This document shows, piece by piece, positions 1-9,537 of a stretch of 64,000 bases of DNA. Each line of letters opens with the position of its first letter. Positions within the stretch are counted from its first letter, which is position 1. The translations under genes were made by a program, and so were the position numbers. The notes under the pieces were generated by a model, which was not told the DNA's origin, searched no databases, and was given only the letters and a program-made list of their open reading frames with translations. Source of the DNA: an uncultured Gammaproteobacteria bacterium (lineage in GTDB: Bacteria; Patescibacteriota; Microgenomatia; CAYXHB01); assembly GCA_964561945.1 (NCBI GenBank), contig CAZLQM010000001.1, positions 25,655-89,654 of the forward strand. Direction: 5' to 3'.

Positions 1-886
1 TTTGTCCAAGATTGTATTTATCTGGATCTCGAGTTCGAAGACTAACTTTGACTAAGTTTAAATCTGTTTCTATAAAACTTGCTACGATTTCCCAGCCAAT
101 TACAGATTTCAAAATATTGGCAACTTCACTATTTTGAATGAGATTAAGATCAATATGGTGTTGGTGTAAGTCTTGTTGAGTTACATTTGAAATAATAATT
201 TTTGAATTTGAATATAATTCTAAGTGAGTTAATGCCAGACCAAGGTATTTGACCATATCTTGACGTTGATGATTGTTAAGTTCAAATAAATAATGTGGGA
301 AATTAGGATTTATCTCAGCTAATTTTGCTCCTGCTTGTAGTGTCTTGCTGGTTGTCCCTGGGTATTGGAAGCCACCCGTATCACTATGGATACCAACATA
401 TAAATTAGTAGCTATGTCTGGGGTTATGTTTAACTGCCATGATTGGAAAAGATAGAATAAAATTTCACAGACAGAAGGAGCGGACGGATCAACTAGATTA
501 ATATCTGCAAAACCTTGATTGGTAATGTGATGATCAATTACAATGGTTTGGAGATGGGAAGGAAAAGTTACAGGTGAAAATTTGGTTATTTGATTATAGG
601 ACGATGAATCTTGAATTATAAATAAATCAAATTGTGATAGATCTGTCTGGTGATACGACTGGGATAAAATATTTTTGTAACCTGGAAGGCAATTGAATAT
701 ATCAGATTTAGGCGTATCCCCGGAGATGATTTTGACTTGTTTATTTAATTGAAGTAAGCCCTCTGCCATTGCCAAAACCCCACCGACGCTATCTGCGTCA
801 GGGCTAGGATGGCAGTGCAAGAGAATACGATGTGATTGGTTAATCTTGTTTAAAATCTGATTTGATAATTGTGAAAAATCTTTCAT
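1..886 (-). CDS. nrnA: DHH/DHHA1 phosphoesterase (NrnA-type oligoribonuclease/pAp phosphatase), 3' end runs off the window
   Basis: Not in the ORF track. Manual translation from ATG at 886 gives MKDFSQL...HCHPSPDADSVG...IQDSS...VIDHHITN...GIHSDTGGF...KVSLRTR, i.e. all DHH motifs plus the DHHA1 SLR motif. Confidence 0.9.
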   Translation of the reverse strand, partial: MKDFSQLSNQILNKINQSHRILLHCHPSPDADSVGGVLAMAEGLLQLNKQVKIISGDTPKSDIFNCLPGYKNILSQSYHQTDLSQFDLFIIQDSSSYNQITKFSPVTFPSHLQTIVIDHHITNQGFADINLVDPSAPSVCEILFYLFQSWQLNITPDIATNLYVGIHSDTGGFQYPGTTSKTLQAGAKLAEINPNFPHYLFELNNHQRQDMVKYLGLALTHLELYSNSKIIISNVTQQDLHQHHIDLNLIQNSEVANILKSVIGWEIVASFIETDLNLVKVSLRTRDPDKYNLGQ

Positions 887-888
887 GA

Positions 889-1836
889 TTATATAAAAAT
901 TTTGCCAGCTAAATATTTTCGCCATACTTCATACAACTCGGCTGTAGCAATGACATCACGAGATACATATTTTACGATTTCATTTAGTTTACCTTGATGA
1001 AATAATTTGGAAACCTCCATGCCTGACACCCCTAGTTGCTTGGGGTTGGAAATATTCAACGCTTTGCAGATTGTTTCTAGTTTGAAAGGTCGATTGTTAA
1101 GTCGAAATTTGTACGCCAAATCAACAAACTTATCGGCTGAACCCGAGGTTGGGAAAGGCACTTTGATTCGGTGGACTGCTGACCTGAATGTAAGAAATGG
1201 AAAATCAAAGCCAGTCCCGTTATATGTAACGAATCTTTGATACTGACTAGCAATATCCCAAAAATTGCTAATCATCTCTGCTTCAGTGGCAAAAGACTGG
1301 GAAGTGAAGTTGTCTACTTCTATTTTGGTTTTGTCTGGGGATAAATATAAAACCTTACCTTGATTGGAATTGGGATTATAAAGTCCTATGGTGAGTACAG
1401 ATCCATACATGGGATATAAGCCTGTGCGACCATATAATTGGCGTTTGGTTCCTTTGAAATCCCTCTCTAAATTGTTAATAAAATAATCTTTATCTGTTTT
1501 ATCTAATAAAGATAATGATTTACCAACTGTTTCAATATCAAAAACAAGAGTGGGCACTGGAATAAGATATGATTCAACATCTTCATCGGTTAATTTGGCT
1601 GATTTGATATTGATGATTTTTTCTTGTTGATAATTGTCTAAAACTCCCGTGATATGGAATACTCTACCTGGGATCAAGTGGACATTTGCCAAAGATTCTG
1701 TCCATACGCGAGCACTTGTTAATCCAGTGGCAGTGCTCAATTGAACATATTGGTACGTATCACCTGTAGCTGTTTTTTTTGAATCACAAGATATAACGGC
1801 AAATTTATTGTCGATTTGAGTTTGGAGTTCAACCAT
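889..1836 (-). CDS. OB-fold fused to a PolB-type DEDDy 3'-5' exonuclease
   Basis: N-terminus KKTATGDTYQYVQLSTATGLTSARVW resembles the YhaM-type OB fold. ExoI VFDIETVG, ExoII TYNGTGFDFPFL, ExoIII YVSRDV. Confidence 0.8.
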   Translation of the reverse strand: MVELQTQIDNKFAVISCDSKKTATGDTYQYVQLSTATGLTSARVWTESLANVHLIPGRVFHITGVLDNYQQEKIINIKSAKLTDEDVESYLIPVPTLVFDIETVGKSLSLLDKTDKDYFINNLERDFKGTKRQLYGRTGLYPMYGSVLTIGLYNPNSNQGKVLYLSPDKTKIEVDNFTSQSFATEAEMISNFWDIASQYQRFVTYNGTGFDFPFLTFRSAVHRIKVPFPTSGSADKFVDLAYKFRLNNRPFKLETICKALNISNPKQLGVSGMEVSKLFHQGKLNEIVKYVSRDVIATAELYEVWRKYLAGKIFI

Positions 1837-1921
1837 AGTTATATTTTACATAGTATTTTGAAAAGAATGAGAGGTGTTTTCTGTAAGACAGGGAAGATTT
1901 AACCAAAGCACAATGACAGGG

Positions 1922-1950
1922 TTTACAAAACTAATATTATAGGATATAAT
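1922..1950 (+). promoter_or_regulatory. sigma70-type promoter for the GT39/GT2 pair
   Basis: TTTACA (1922-1927), 17 nt, TATAAT (1945-1950). ATG follows at 1961. Confidence 0.7.
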
Positions 1951-1960
1951 GTGCCGACTT

Positions 1961-3496
1961 ATGTTACTGCTTTTGAATGGAAAAAAAATACTATTTGATT
2001 GGGCTACCGTTGTTACAACATTGTTGATGATTGTATTTGTGTTTATTGCTGGATCCAATCTACAATACAACACGGCATTTGTTGATGAAGCAATTTATGC
2101 GAATGTAGGGGAAGAGTTCATGAGACAAGCTTATTGGGATGCTCCATTGAGTTGGATGGGCGGATCGTATGCTTATCCAGTGATGAGTGCGACCATAAAT
2201 AGACTTTGGGGATTGTGGGGTATCCGAATGGCATCTACATTGATGGTGTTAGTTGTAGCTTGGTGTGTAGGAATAATTGGCAAACGCGTAGCCGGTAATT
2301 GGGGACGGCCTTTGGCTATTGGATTTTATCTTTTTTCCGCGCCGACATTGAGCGTGGCTCAATTGGCTACTTACGATGCTCCAAGTATGATGACTTTTAC
2401 AATTGGAGCTTTGGCTCTAATACTAAGTCTTGACCAGCGAGGCTGGAAGAAATATTTACTAATTACCCTGTCTGGTTTAATGGTAGGCGGATCTATATTA
2501 ATTAAATATGTAACCATTTTGGTAACGGCTCCTCTGGCTCTTTTGCATATTACTGCCAAAAAACAATGGTTTCTTGGCGGATTGTTTTGGGGGTGGATAT
2601 TAGTTGCGATGATTTCTCCATACGTATACTTAAACCATACTGATTTGTACGCATATGCCACAGGCGGTAATTCGATTGAAATTACATCACGATTGAGGAT
2701 CTTTTTACAAATGCTTGAGCAAATTCCATCTCAGTTTATGGGAGCTGTGCTAACAGCATTACTTTTGATTATTAATAGAAACAAAGGCAAAAAAGATAGA
2801 ATGTGGATGATTCTATTAATAGGTACTGCGCCAATAATTTACCATTTAGGATCAGGAAATATTAGATCATTTAATAAACATTTATCATTGGCGACAGTTA
2901 TGTGGGCACCTTTGTCTGCTTGGAGCACAATAACTATTTCGAAAATGTACAAACATTATCGTTTGTCACATGGTTTGGTTGCCAACAGTATGCAGTTAAT
3001 TAATTCAATTGTTTTGATTGCTATTTTTACCAGCTTATGGACAACTTTTAGTATCCATTGGAGGTTTGAACGATCATGGCCCTCGGCTAGTAAAACTGTA
3101 GAATATTTGGACAAAAGATTGAATACGGGCGACAAGGTTTTTGCAGAGGGGGCCGCAACATACAAGTATCATTTGTTTCGTGGCTTTGGTGATCCCTCTG
3201 CGTGGCCTAGCACTTGGTATTATCAGCGAGATGGCAAATACGGAACTGATGCGATGAAAGATGCTATCAAAAATCGCGAATTTAGATACATAATTCTTAA
3301 TAAATATTTTACAAGTGAAACCGATGAGGCTATACTGCCAACTGTTGTTGAAAATTATGAGCCTGTGTTCGAGGAAAAATATCTTCTATCAGGTGTGCAT
3401 GAAATGACTACTACCGTTTGGGAAAAGAAATCAAATTTGCAGTATGGATTTTTTGATTTGTTAGTTAAGTCAGATACACAGCCTAATTTAATTTAA
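1961..3496 (+). CDS. GT-C (ArnT/PMT, GT39-like) membrane glycosyltransferase
   Basis: AFVDEAIY motif after TM1, many TM helices, LIKY motif, soluble C-terminal domain. Start moved from 1949 to 1961 because the -10 box overlaps 1949. Confidence 0.75.
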   Translation: MLLLLNGKKILFDWATVVTTLLMIVFVFIAGSNLQYNTAFVDEAIYANVGEEFMRQAYWDAPLSWMGGSYAYPVMSATINRLWGLWGIRMASTLMVLVVAWCVGIIGKRVAGNWGRPLAIGFYLFSAPTLSVAQLATYDAPSMMTFTIGALALILSLDQRGWKKYLLITLSGLMVGGSILIKYVTILVTAPLALLHITAKKQWFLGGLFWGWILVAMISPYVYLNHTDLYAYATGGNSIEITSRLRIFLQMLEQIPSQFMGAVLTALLLIINRNKGKKDRMWMILLIGTAPIIYHLGSGNIRSFNKHLSLATVMWAPLSAWSTITISKMYKHYRLSHGLVANSMQLINSIVLIAIFTSLWTTFSIHWRFERSWPSASKTVEYLDKRLNTGDKVFAEGAATYKYHLFRGFGDPSAWPSTWYYQRDGKYGTDAMKDAIKNREFRYIILNKYFTSETDEAILPTVVENYEPVFEEKYLLSGVHEMTTTVWEKKSNLQYGFFDLLVKSDTQPNLI

Positions 3497-3501
3497 TAAA
3501 T

Positions 3502-5145
3502 ATGTTAATTAAATCAAGTAATTATATCCAAAATAAGAATTGGCAACGGGTGCCTGGGGTTATGTTTCTAGTAACTGGATTGGTTTATCTAATTTGGTTA
3601 GTTATGAATCTCAACTATAACAACTTATTTATTGCATTGCCGTTTGGATTAGTACAAATGTTAACTTACTTGATTGTAGGGGTCTCGGTAATAAATAATT
3701 GGTCAAGTAATTACAGGAAGGATAGACCACAAAAAAATTTAATGCCAGACGTTGGTGTGATTATTCCAACATATGGCGAAACAATTCAAATAATTGAACC
3801 AACTATTTTATCGCTATTAAATTCTAATTATGAAGGGAAAATTGTAATTGTATTGTCTAATGATGAGCGAAGTGAGAAAAAGGAAGCTCAACTTGGGATG
3901 CTTGAACAACGTATAAGTAATCAACTTTTGGGACAGAATTATAAAGGAGAAAGAATCTTCTATTTAAGACATTCAATACCTCACAACCAAGCGAAGGCGG
4001 GAAATCTGAATCAAGCTATGGAGTTTATAAAATGGTTGCATCCGGAAATTGATTTGCTTATTACTGAAGATGCCGATGAAGTTGCTTATGCCGATTTTGT
4101 GGATGCTGTGGTGGGATATTTTGAAAACCCCAAAGTGGCTTACGTACAAACAATCAAACAATCATTAACGCATCCTAGTGATCCATTTGGTAATCAAGAC
4201 TTGATGTTTTATTGCAGAACTGCTGCATCAAGAGATGCGTGTAACTCAATGTTTTCGTGTGGATCTGGAGTCATGTGGAGAATTAAGGCTTTGGAAGATG
4301 TGGGTGGATTTAACACTTGGAACTTAGTTGAAGATCTAACAACTTCTTATGAAATGTTAAGTCGGGGATGGGAGTCAAGATTTCACTATGAACCAATGTC
4401 TGAGGGATTGGCACCAGAAGATTTGCCAAACTATATTAAACAACGCGGGACTTGGGCGATTGATACGATGAGGATTTTCTTCTGGAATAATCCTTTGGGC
4501 AAAAGAGGATTAACATGGAGACAGAAGTTGCAATTTTTGGAGCCGTGCTTGTTTTATATCAATGGATTTGTAACTACCAGTATGATTATTGTGGCTTCAC
4601 TAAGCTTATTGTTAGAAGCGTGGCCAACAAGCGCAAATGCTTGGAAGCATGGGTTGATGATGTTGCCTTACTTCTTGGCGATGGAAGCTTATTTCTTAAT
4701 TCTAGCTGGTAATATTTCATATTATCGAGTAAGACAAATGTGGGTAGGGCTGGCACCAGTATTTGTAAAGGCTGCAATAATTGCCCTGATTTATGGACCT
4801 AATAAAAAACCAAGATACAAAGTTACCCGTAAACAAAACCAGTATTCAAATTATTTATACATGGTTTGGCCACAGATTGGATTGTTGGGATTGCTAGTTG
4901 CGGGGTTAGTTAAAACTATTTTGACTACTCCACTCTATAGTGCTTTTGACTGGGGAGCAGTTTTCTGGAGTTTGTATTTGGCTTCTTTCTTAGTACAAAT
5001 CATTAAAATATCCTACTGGGGATGGCAACCTGTTTATCAGGTGAATGTATCAATGTTAGATCAGAAAATGTTGAGCAGAATTAAGAATGGCTTAACATCA
5101 ATAATTAGTGAAGCTCTACCTGTACAAATTACCAAAGAAGAGTAA
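3502..5145 (+). CDS. Cellulose-synthase-like processive GT2 (BcsA-like, no PilZ domain)
   Basis: AKAGNLN, EDAD, FSCGSG, VEDL, GLAPEDL, QRGTW (QxxRW variant) and YKVTRK gating-loop motifs, with flanking TM helices. Confidence 0.8.
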   Translation: MLIKSSNYIQNKNWQRVPGVMFLVTGLVYLIWLVMNLNYNNLFIALPFGLVQMLTYLIVGVSVINNWSSNYRKDRPQKNLMPDVGVIIPTYGETIQIIEPTILSLLNSNYEGKIVIVLSNDERSEKKEAQLGMLEQRISNQLLGQNYKGERIFYLRHSIPHNQAKAGNLNQAMEFIKWLHPEIDLLITEDADEVAYADFVDAVVGYFENPKVAYVQTIKQSLTHPSDPFGNQDLMFYCRTAASRDACNSMFSCGSGVMWRIKALEDVGGFNTWNLVEDLTTSYEMLSRGWESRFHYEPMSEGLAPEDLPNYIKQRGTWAIDTMRIFFWNNPLGKRGLTWRQKLQFLEPCLFYINGFVTTSMIIVASLSLLLEAWPTSANAWKHGLMMLPYFLAMEAYFLILAGNISYYRVRQMWVGLAPVFVKAAIIALIYGPNKKPRYKVTRKQNQYSNYLYMVWPQIGLLGLLVAGLVKTILTTPLYSAFDWGAVFWSLYLASFLVQIIKISYWGWQPVYQVNVSMLDQKMLSRIKNGLTSIISEALPVQITKEE

Positions 5146-5982
5146 TCAGTTTTTTGAGATAACAATTATACGTTTGGGGGTGAAACTAGGGATATCAATA
5201 TGATCTCCGGTTGGGTAATCGCGAATAGACTGCCACAAATTTGAGCTAGTATAACGGAAATTACGGCCGTTACGCGTGCCTGGATCTTGAGTAATAAATT
5301 GTTTGGTGGAAATATCGTATCCGCTGATTACCAACATATGACGCTCGGGGCCTGGAGCTGTGAAGTTGGGGTTATTAAGCATTTGACCATCCATCGGGGC
5401 GATAATTAATTTGTTAGATTGTAGGATACGAACTAAATCATCTGATGAATCAGGAATGATAATCTTGATATTTTTTAATTGAAAGTATCCTCTGAGAATT
5501 CTGATAACTGTATCTTCTACTGATGTATCTACGAATGAACCAAAATTGTCACTTTGATATTGAGCTAATTTGATGATCGTGTCATTGGCAATTTGGGGGG
5601 TAAGTGGTAAGTCATGGACCCAAGAATAGGCAATTAGGCTGGATGTTTCTTCGCAAGCGTCTTGAAATCTAGCATCTGACCACTGAGCGAATGGCGCTTG
5701 GGATGCAAAAGGTGCGTCTATAATAATGGTTTTAATTGGGGGAGGTGTTGGTGTAGTTGGCGATGGAAGTGAAATCGTAACGACGGGTTGAGTAGGTAAA
5801 GGCATGGGAGTCGAGGTGGAGAAATTGAAGCTTGAATCAGGTGATGAATTACTACTCAATTGATATTGAGTGAGTAAGATGAAAATTGAAACAAGCAGTA
5901 TAAAAATAAGCAGAATCCAAACCAGATAAGGGGTTAATTGGAATCGGACTTGTTTATGATGAAAGGGTTTTGGTAAGTTCAT
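5146..5982 (-). CDS. Membrane-anchored C39-like cysteine peptidase
   Basis: TM helix, P/T linker, APFASQAP, QDACEETS (catalytic Cys), HMLVISGYD (His), TQDP (Asp). Confidence 0.75.
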   Translation of the reverse strand: MNLPKPFHHKQVRFQLTPYLVWILLIFILLVSIFILLTQYQLSSNSSPDSSFNFSTSTPMPLPTQPVVTISLPSPTTPTPPPIKTIIIDAPFASQAPFAQWSDARFQDACEETSSLIAYSWVHDLPLTPQIANDTIIKLAQYQSDNFGSFVDTSVEDTVIRILRGYFQLKNIKIIIPDSSDDLVRILQSNKLIIAPMDGQMLNNPNFTAPGPERHMLVISGYDISTKQFITQDPGTRNGRNFRYTSSNLWQSIRDYPTGDHIDIPSFTPKRIIVISKN

Positions 5983-6652
5983 CAAGTTGGTGTGAGCGCA
6001 AAGTAAGATTGGGATTTGAATTAATTATTTGACTAGCTTGTTTGAGATAGCTATCAAGTTGGGATGGTTGTTGGAAATGATGACTAAGTCTAGCAAGTCG
6101 CATGTAAGCGCCCGAAGTCCATACATCACGGTTATATTGATCTTCATCCAGTTTGGATAATTGTTGAGCTAAGGACTCCAAGGGAGGAATGACTTGCTCG
6201 TCTCCTGCCATGCCTTGGGCAAAGAGCAAATGGACTTGGAAATCAATTCTGACTGCGGGTCGATCATGATTTGGAGGCGGGGAAGCTACTAAAGCATCGA
6301 GGGCTTTTTGGTACCAAGTAATAGACTGGGGCCAATCAGTAAGAAATTTCTGGAAATATTTGCCACGGTTGAAGTAAGCAAGGGCCAAAGCTCTGGGGTC
6401 TTGGGAAGTTTCGGCAATGGCGATTGCCATTTGAGTTGCGTGGTCTGCTTGAATGGCAAGGGCTGATGATTGATCTTGAGTATATAAATGTTTGAAGACA
6501 TTAAAGCGAGAACACATAACTTCTGATGCACCCAGCAAATCGTTGTCTTGGATGTAAGAAATGAAAGCTCGATCAGTAAGTTCTAGTGCAGTAGTAAAAT
6601 CGCCTGATTCACGAGAGGTTTCAGCTTGGATGTGAAACTGGCGGTCGGTCAT
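5954..6652 (-). CDS. TPR-like helical hypothetical protein
   Basis: 232-aa ORF with TPR-like segments (ALAYFNRGKYF, SITWYQKAL). TATAAT lies 6 nt upstream of the ATG. Confidence 0.6.
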   Translation of the reverse strand: MTDRQFHIQAETSRESGDFTTALELTDRAFISYIQDNDLLGASEVMCSRFNVFKHLYTQDQSSALAIQADHATQMAIAIAETSQDPRALALAYFNRGKYFQKFLTDWPQSITWYQKALDALVASPPPNHDRPAVRIDFQVHLLFAQGMAGDEQVIPPLESLAQQLSKLDEDQYNRDVWTSGAYMRLARLSHHFQQPSQLDSYLKQASQIINSNPNLTLRSHQLDELTKTLSS

Positions 6653-6693
6653 GGGTAGATTATACGATATAAAATTGGCTGAAATTACATGAT

Positions 6694-7350
6694 CTATTCC
6701 AATAAAATGTCTAATCTTTTTATAATCTGCATTTGAGTTTGAACTGGTGCATCGGTATGATAAATGATATGAACTTGGTCTAGAATAATGGATTCGTTGA
6801 GTAACTCCTTTGTATCATTTTGAATGGCTTGAGTTAATGAATCTTGCCAATCTGTGTGTGAAATTCTCCCTAACGTAATATGGGGATTGTATTTATCGCG
6901 AGAGTAAATAAATCCATTTTGATATAGTCTTTCGATTTCAACTGGAGAAAATTTGTTTTGGGTTAGACGTTGGAAATCTTTTTGTCTAATTAATCCTTGA
7001 CTGCGATATTTAAGAAGTAAATCCATGAGTAAGTTATGCTGGTGGATAAGCCACTCTAGGTCTAGGGCTATTTTGATAAAATGAGCACCATCACGAGTGG
7101 GCTCAATTATGATTTGTCTAATTTTTAATTGCTTTGCAGTTTTCCATTGATTAACAAACTCAATAGCTTCATTAAAGGCTGGTTGATAGGAAGACTGAGA
7201 AATCGGTAAAAGAATCAGTCCAATATGAGGAGGCAAATCAAATGAGTTAGGCCACTTTTTTTGAAAATTAGTTTTTATTTGATCAATTAGTTTGGAATTG
7301 AGATCAAATCCAACTGATAGGATTGTATTGATTGGATGCCATTCGTACAT
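6694..7350 (-). CDS. 2H phosphoesterase (2'-5' RNA ligase family)
   Basis: Two Hx[T/S]-type motifs, PHIGL (variant) and PHITLG. ATG at 7350 preferred because TATACT lies 9 nt upstream. Confidence 0.65.
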   Translation of the reverse strand: MYEWHPINTILSVGFDLNSKLIDQIKTNFQKKWPNSFDLPPHIGLILLPISQSSYQPAFNEAIEFVNQWKTAKQLKIRQIIIEPTRDGAHFIKIALDLEWLIHQHNLLMDLLLKYRSQGLIRQKDFQRLTQNKFSPVEIERLYQNGFIYSRDKYNPHITLGRISHTDWQDSLTQAIQNDTKELLNESIILDQVHIIYHTDAPVQTQMQIIKRLDILLE

Positions 7351-7392
7351 AGCACTAGGAGTATACAATATGCTTGTGACATACTTATATTA

Positions 7393-8922
7393 ATGCTTGC
7401 CAAGGTTATCTCAGGAGCGGTGATTGGACTAGAGACGATGCCCATAACGGTGGAAGTAGATGTGTCTAACATGGGATTATTCCGATTTACGATCGTGGGG
7501 TTGCCTGATAAGGCGGTTGAAGAAGCAAGAGAACGAGTGATGAGTGCGACAAGAAATAGTAATGCGAGTTTTCCACAACATAGAATTACAGTGAACCTTG
7601 CTCCTGCTGATCTGCCTAAGATTGGCCCTGCTTATGATCTGCCAATTGCTCTGGGAATATTGCTAGCTCATGGAGAAATTGAAGCAGAGATTAATGATGC
7701 AATGTTTATCGGCGAACTTTCACTTGATGGTTCAATTCGACATACGAACGGGGTTTTGCCTTTGGCGATTTTGGCAAAGGATATGGGTTTAAAAAGAATC
7801 TTCGTACCTAGTGTTGATGCTCGTGAGGCATCAGTAGTGTCTGGAATCGAAATTGTCGGATTGGAATCTCTAGTTCAGCTGTTGCAAATTCTTACAGGTA
7901 AAGTTGAAGCTCCAATTCATGGTTATACTCCATATGTGAAATTATTAACTGAGTTATCAAGTAGTATTTTTGATTTTGCGGATGTCAAAGGTCAAGAGCA
8001 AGCCAAAAGAGCTATGGAAATAGCGGCGGCTGGTCATCACAATATCATGTTGCATGGCGTACCCGGAGCAGGCAAAACTATGCTGTCTCGAGCCTTGCCT
8101 TCGATACTACCTTCGATGGATGAGTCAGAAGCTCTAGAAGTAACTAAGATCTACTCAGTGACGGGAAATTTGCCAAGTGAGAAGTCATTGATGACTGTTC
8201 GGCCTTTTCGTTCGCCTCACCATACTACGAGTCGAATCGGATTAATCGGGGGTGGCAGTCATCCCATGCCTGGAGAAATTTCGCTAGCACATCGCGGAGT
8301 GTTGTTTTTGGACGAATTACCTGAGTTCCCCAGAGATGTTTTGGAGGCTTTGCGACAACCATTGGAAGATGGAATCATAACAATTTCAAGAGCAGCAGGA
8401 ACAATTGCCTACCCTGCTGAGTTTTTGTTAGTTGCAGCGGCTAATCCTTGTCCTTGTGGTTATTATGGTAGTTCATCAAGAGCTTGCACTTGTCCTGCGG
8501 GTCAAATTAGTCGTTATCAGAAAAAATTGTCAGGTCCTTTGCTTGATCGAATTGATTTGCATGTACAAGTTAATTCCGTTCCGTTGGACAAATTAACGAG
8601 TATTGAAGAAGGTGAAAATTCAACCAATATCAGAACTCGAGTAGAAAAGGCTCGCGTGATGCAAAGGAAAAGATTTGAAAATCTGAAACTGCATGCTAAT
8701 GGACAAATGTCCAGCCAACATGTGAGGAAAATCTGTTTACTAGATAAGGAGAGTGAGTCTCTTCTCAAGCGAGCAGCTGATCAGTTACACTTATCAGCAC
8801 GGGCTTATTTTAGAATTATAAAAGTAGCACGAACAATTGCAGATTTATCAGAGTCAGAAGATATTGCTAAACCCCACATCGCTGAGGCATTACAGTATCG
8901 AACAATGATTCAAAATTTATAG
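7393..8922 (+). CDS. comM: ComM/YifB Mg-chelatase-like AAA+ helicase
   Basis: VGLPDKAVEEARERV, ITVNLAPADLPK, Walker A GVPGAGKT, PFRSPHH, FLDELPEF, NPCPCG, SGPLLDRID. Start at MLAKV (7393). Confidence 0.93.
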   Translation: MLAKVISGAVIGLETMPITVEVDVSNMGLFRFTIVGLPDKAVEEARERVMSATRNSNASFPQHRITVNLAPADLPKIGPAYDLPIALGILLAHGEIEAEINDAMFIGELSLDGSIRHTNGVLPLAILAKDMGLKRIFVPSVDAREASVVSGIEIVGLESLVQLLQILTGKVEAPIHGYTPYVKLLTELSSSIFDFADVKGQEQAKRAMEIAAAGHHNIMLHGVPGAGKTMLSRALPSILPSMDESEALEVTKIYSVTGNLPSEKSLMTVRPFRSPHHTTSRIGLIGGGSHPMPGEISLAHRGVLFLDELPEFPRDVLEALRQPLEDGIITISRAAGTIAYPAEFLLVAAANPCPCGYYGSSSRACTCPAGQISRYQKKLSGPLLDRIDLHVQVNSVPLDKLTSIEEGENSTNIRTRVEKARVMQRKRFENLKLHANGQMSSQHVRKICLLDKESESLLKRAADQLHLSARAYFRIIKVARTIADLSESEDIAKPHIAEALQYRTMIQNL

Positions 8923-8924
8923 AT

Positions 8925-9512
8925 ATGTATATCGATATTTCAATTCCGGTTAAATTGGAAGTTTCTAATTCGAAAGCAAATGCTTTTGATGAAATACCAA
9001 CTCATTCAATATTCATTGATCAACACATGGTTTTTGGCACTCATTTGGATTTGCCGAATGTCGGGGCTGAAATAGTTGAGTTTGATAATCTGGTTGGTGA
9101 GTGTCTAGTGGTTAAAATTCCTGAATCTGCCAAAGCTGTTGAGCTGGGTCATTTATTGAAATTGCCTTTGATTCCTGGAGGTCGAGTAATTTTTAAAACA
9201 AAAAATTCTTCGGGTTGGCAAAGGGCTGGATATCCGCCTAATCCAATTGGGATTGATATTCGAGCCGCACAGTTTTTGGCTGATAGGAAATTGAAATTAA
9301 TTGGCGTTGATGGCTGGTCTGTGGATAAGAAAGATGACCCAAATCTAATAAGCCATACGTTGTTATTAGAAAGTGGAAGCTATTTGTTAGAAAGCTTGTA
9401 TTTGGACCACGTAGCACCGGGAAATTATCAAGTGTTGGCATTGCCGTTGATGATCCAAGGCGCTAGGATAGTTCCCTGTCGGGCAGTCTTGCAAAAGGAA
9501 GACAGATTATAA
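8925..9512 (+). CDS. Cyclase family (kynurenine formamidase-like) protein, divergent
   Basis: DISIP N-terminus, GTHLDLP, IGVDGWSVD, SHTLLL, LLESL and ALPLMIQGA motifs. Confidence 0.7.
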   Translation: MYIDISIPVKLEVSNSKANAFDEIPTHSIFIDQHMVFGTHLDLPNVGAEIVEFDNLVGECLVVKIPESAKAVELGHLLKLPLIPGGRVIFKTKNSSGWQRAGYPPNPIGIDIRAAQFLADRKLKLIGVDGWSVDKKDDPNLISHTLLLESGSYLLESLYLDHVAPGNYQVLALPLMIQGARIVPCRAVLQKEDRL

Positions 9513-9537
9513 AGTGAAACGGAAGAAAAAGACTAAC

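Noticed and set aside
7336-7392. Longer N-termini in the ORF track for comM, and likewise nusA (44663), GT2 (20303), GT-C (28186) and DUF1761 (15749)
   Set aside because: The extensions overlap neighbouring genes, promoters or the duplication, and family homology starts at the downstream ATG.
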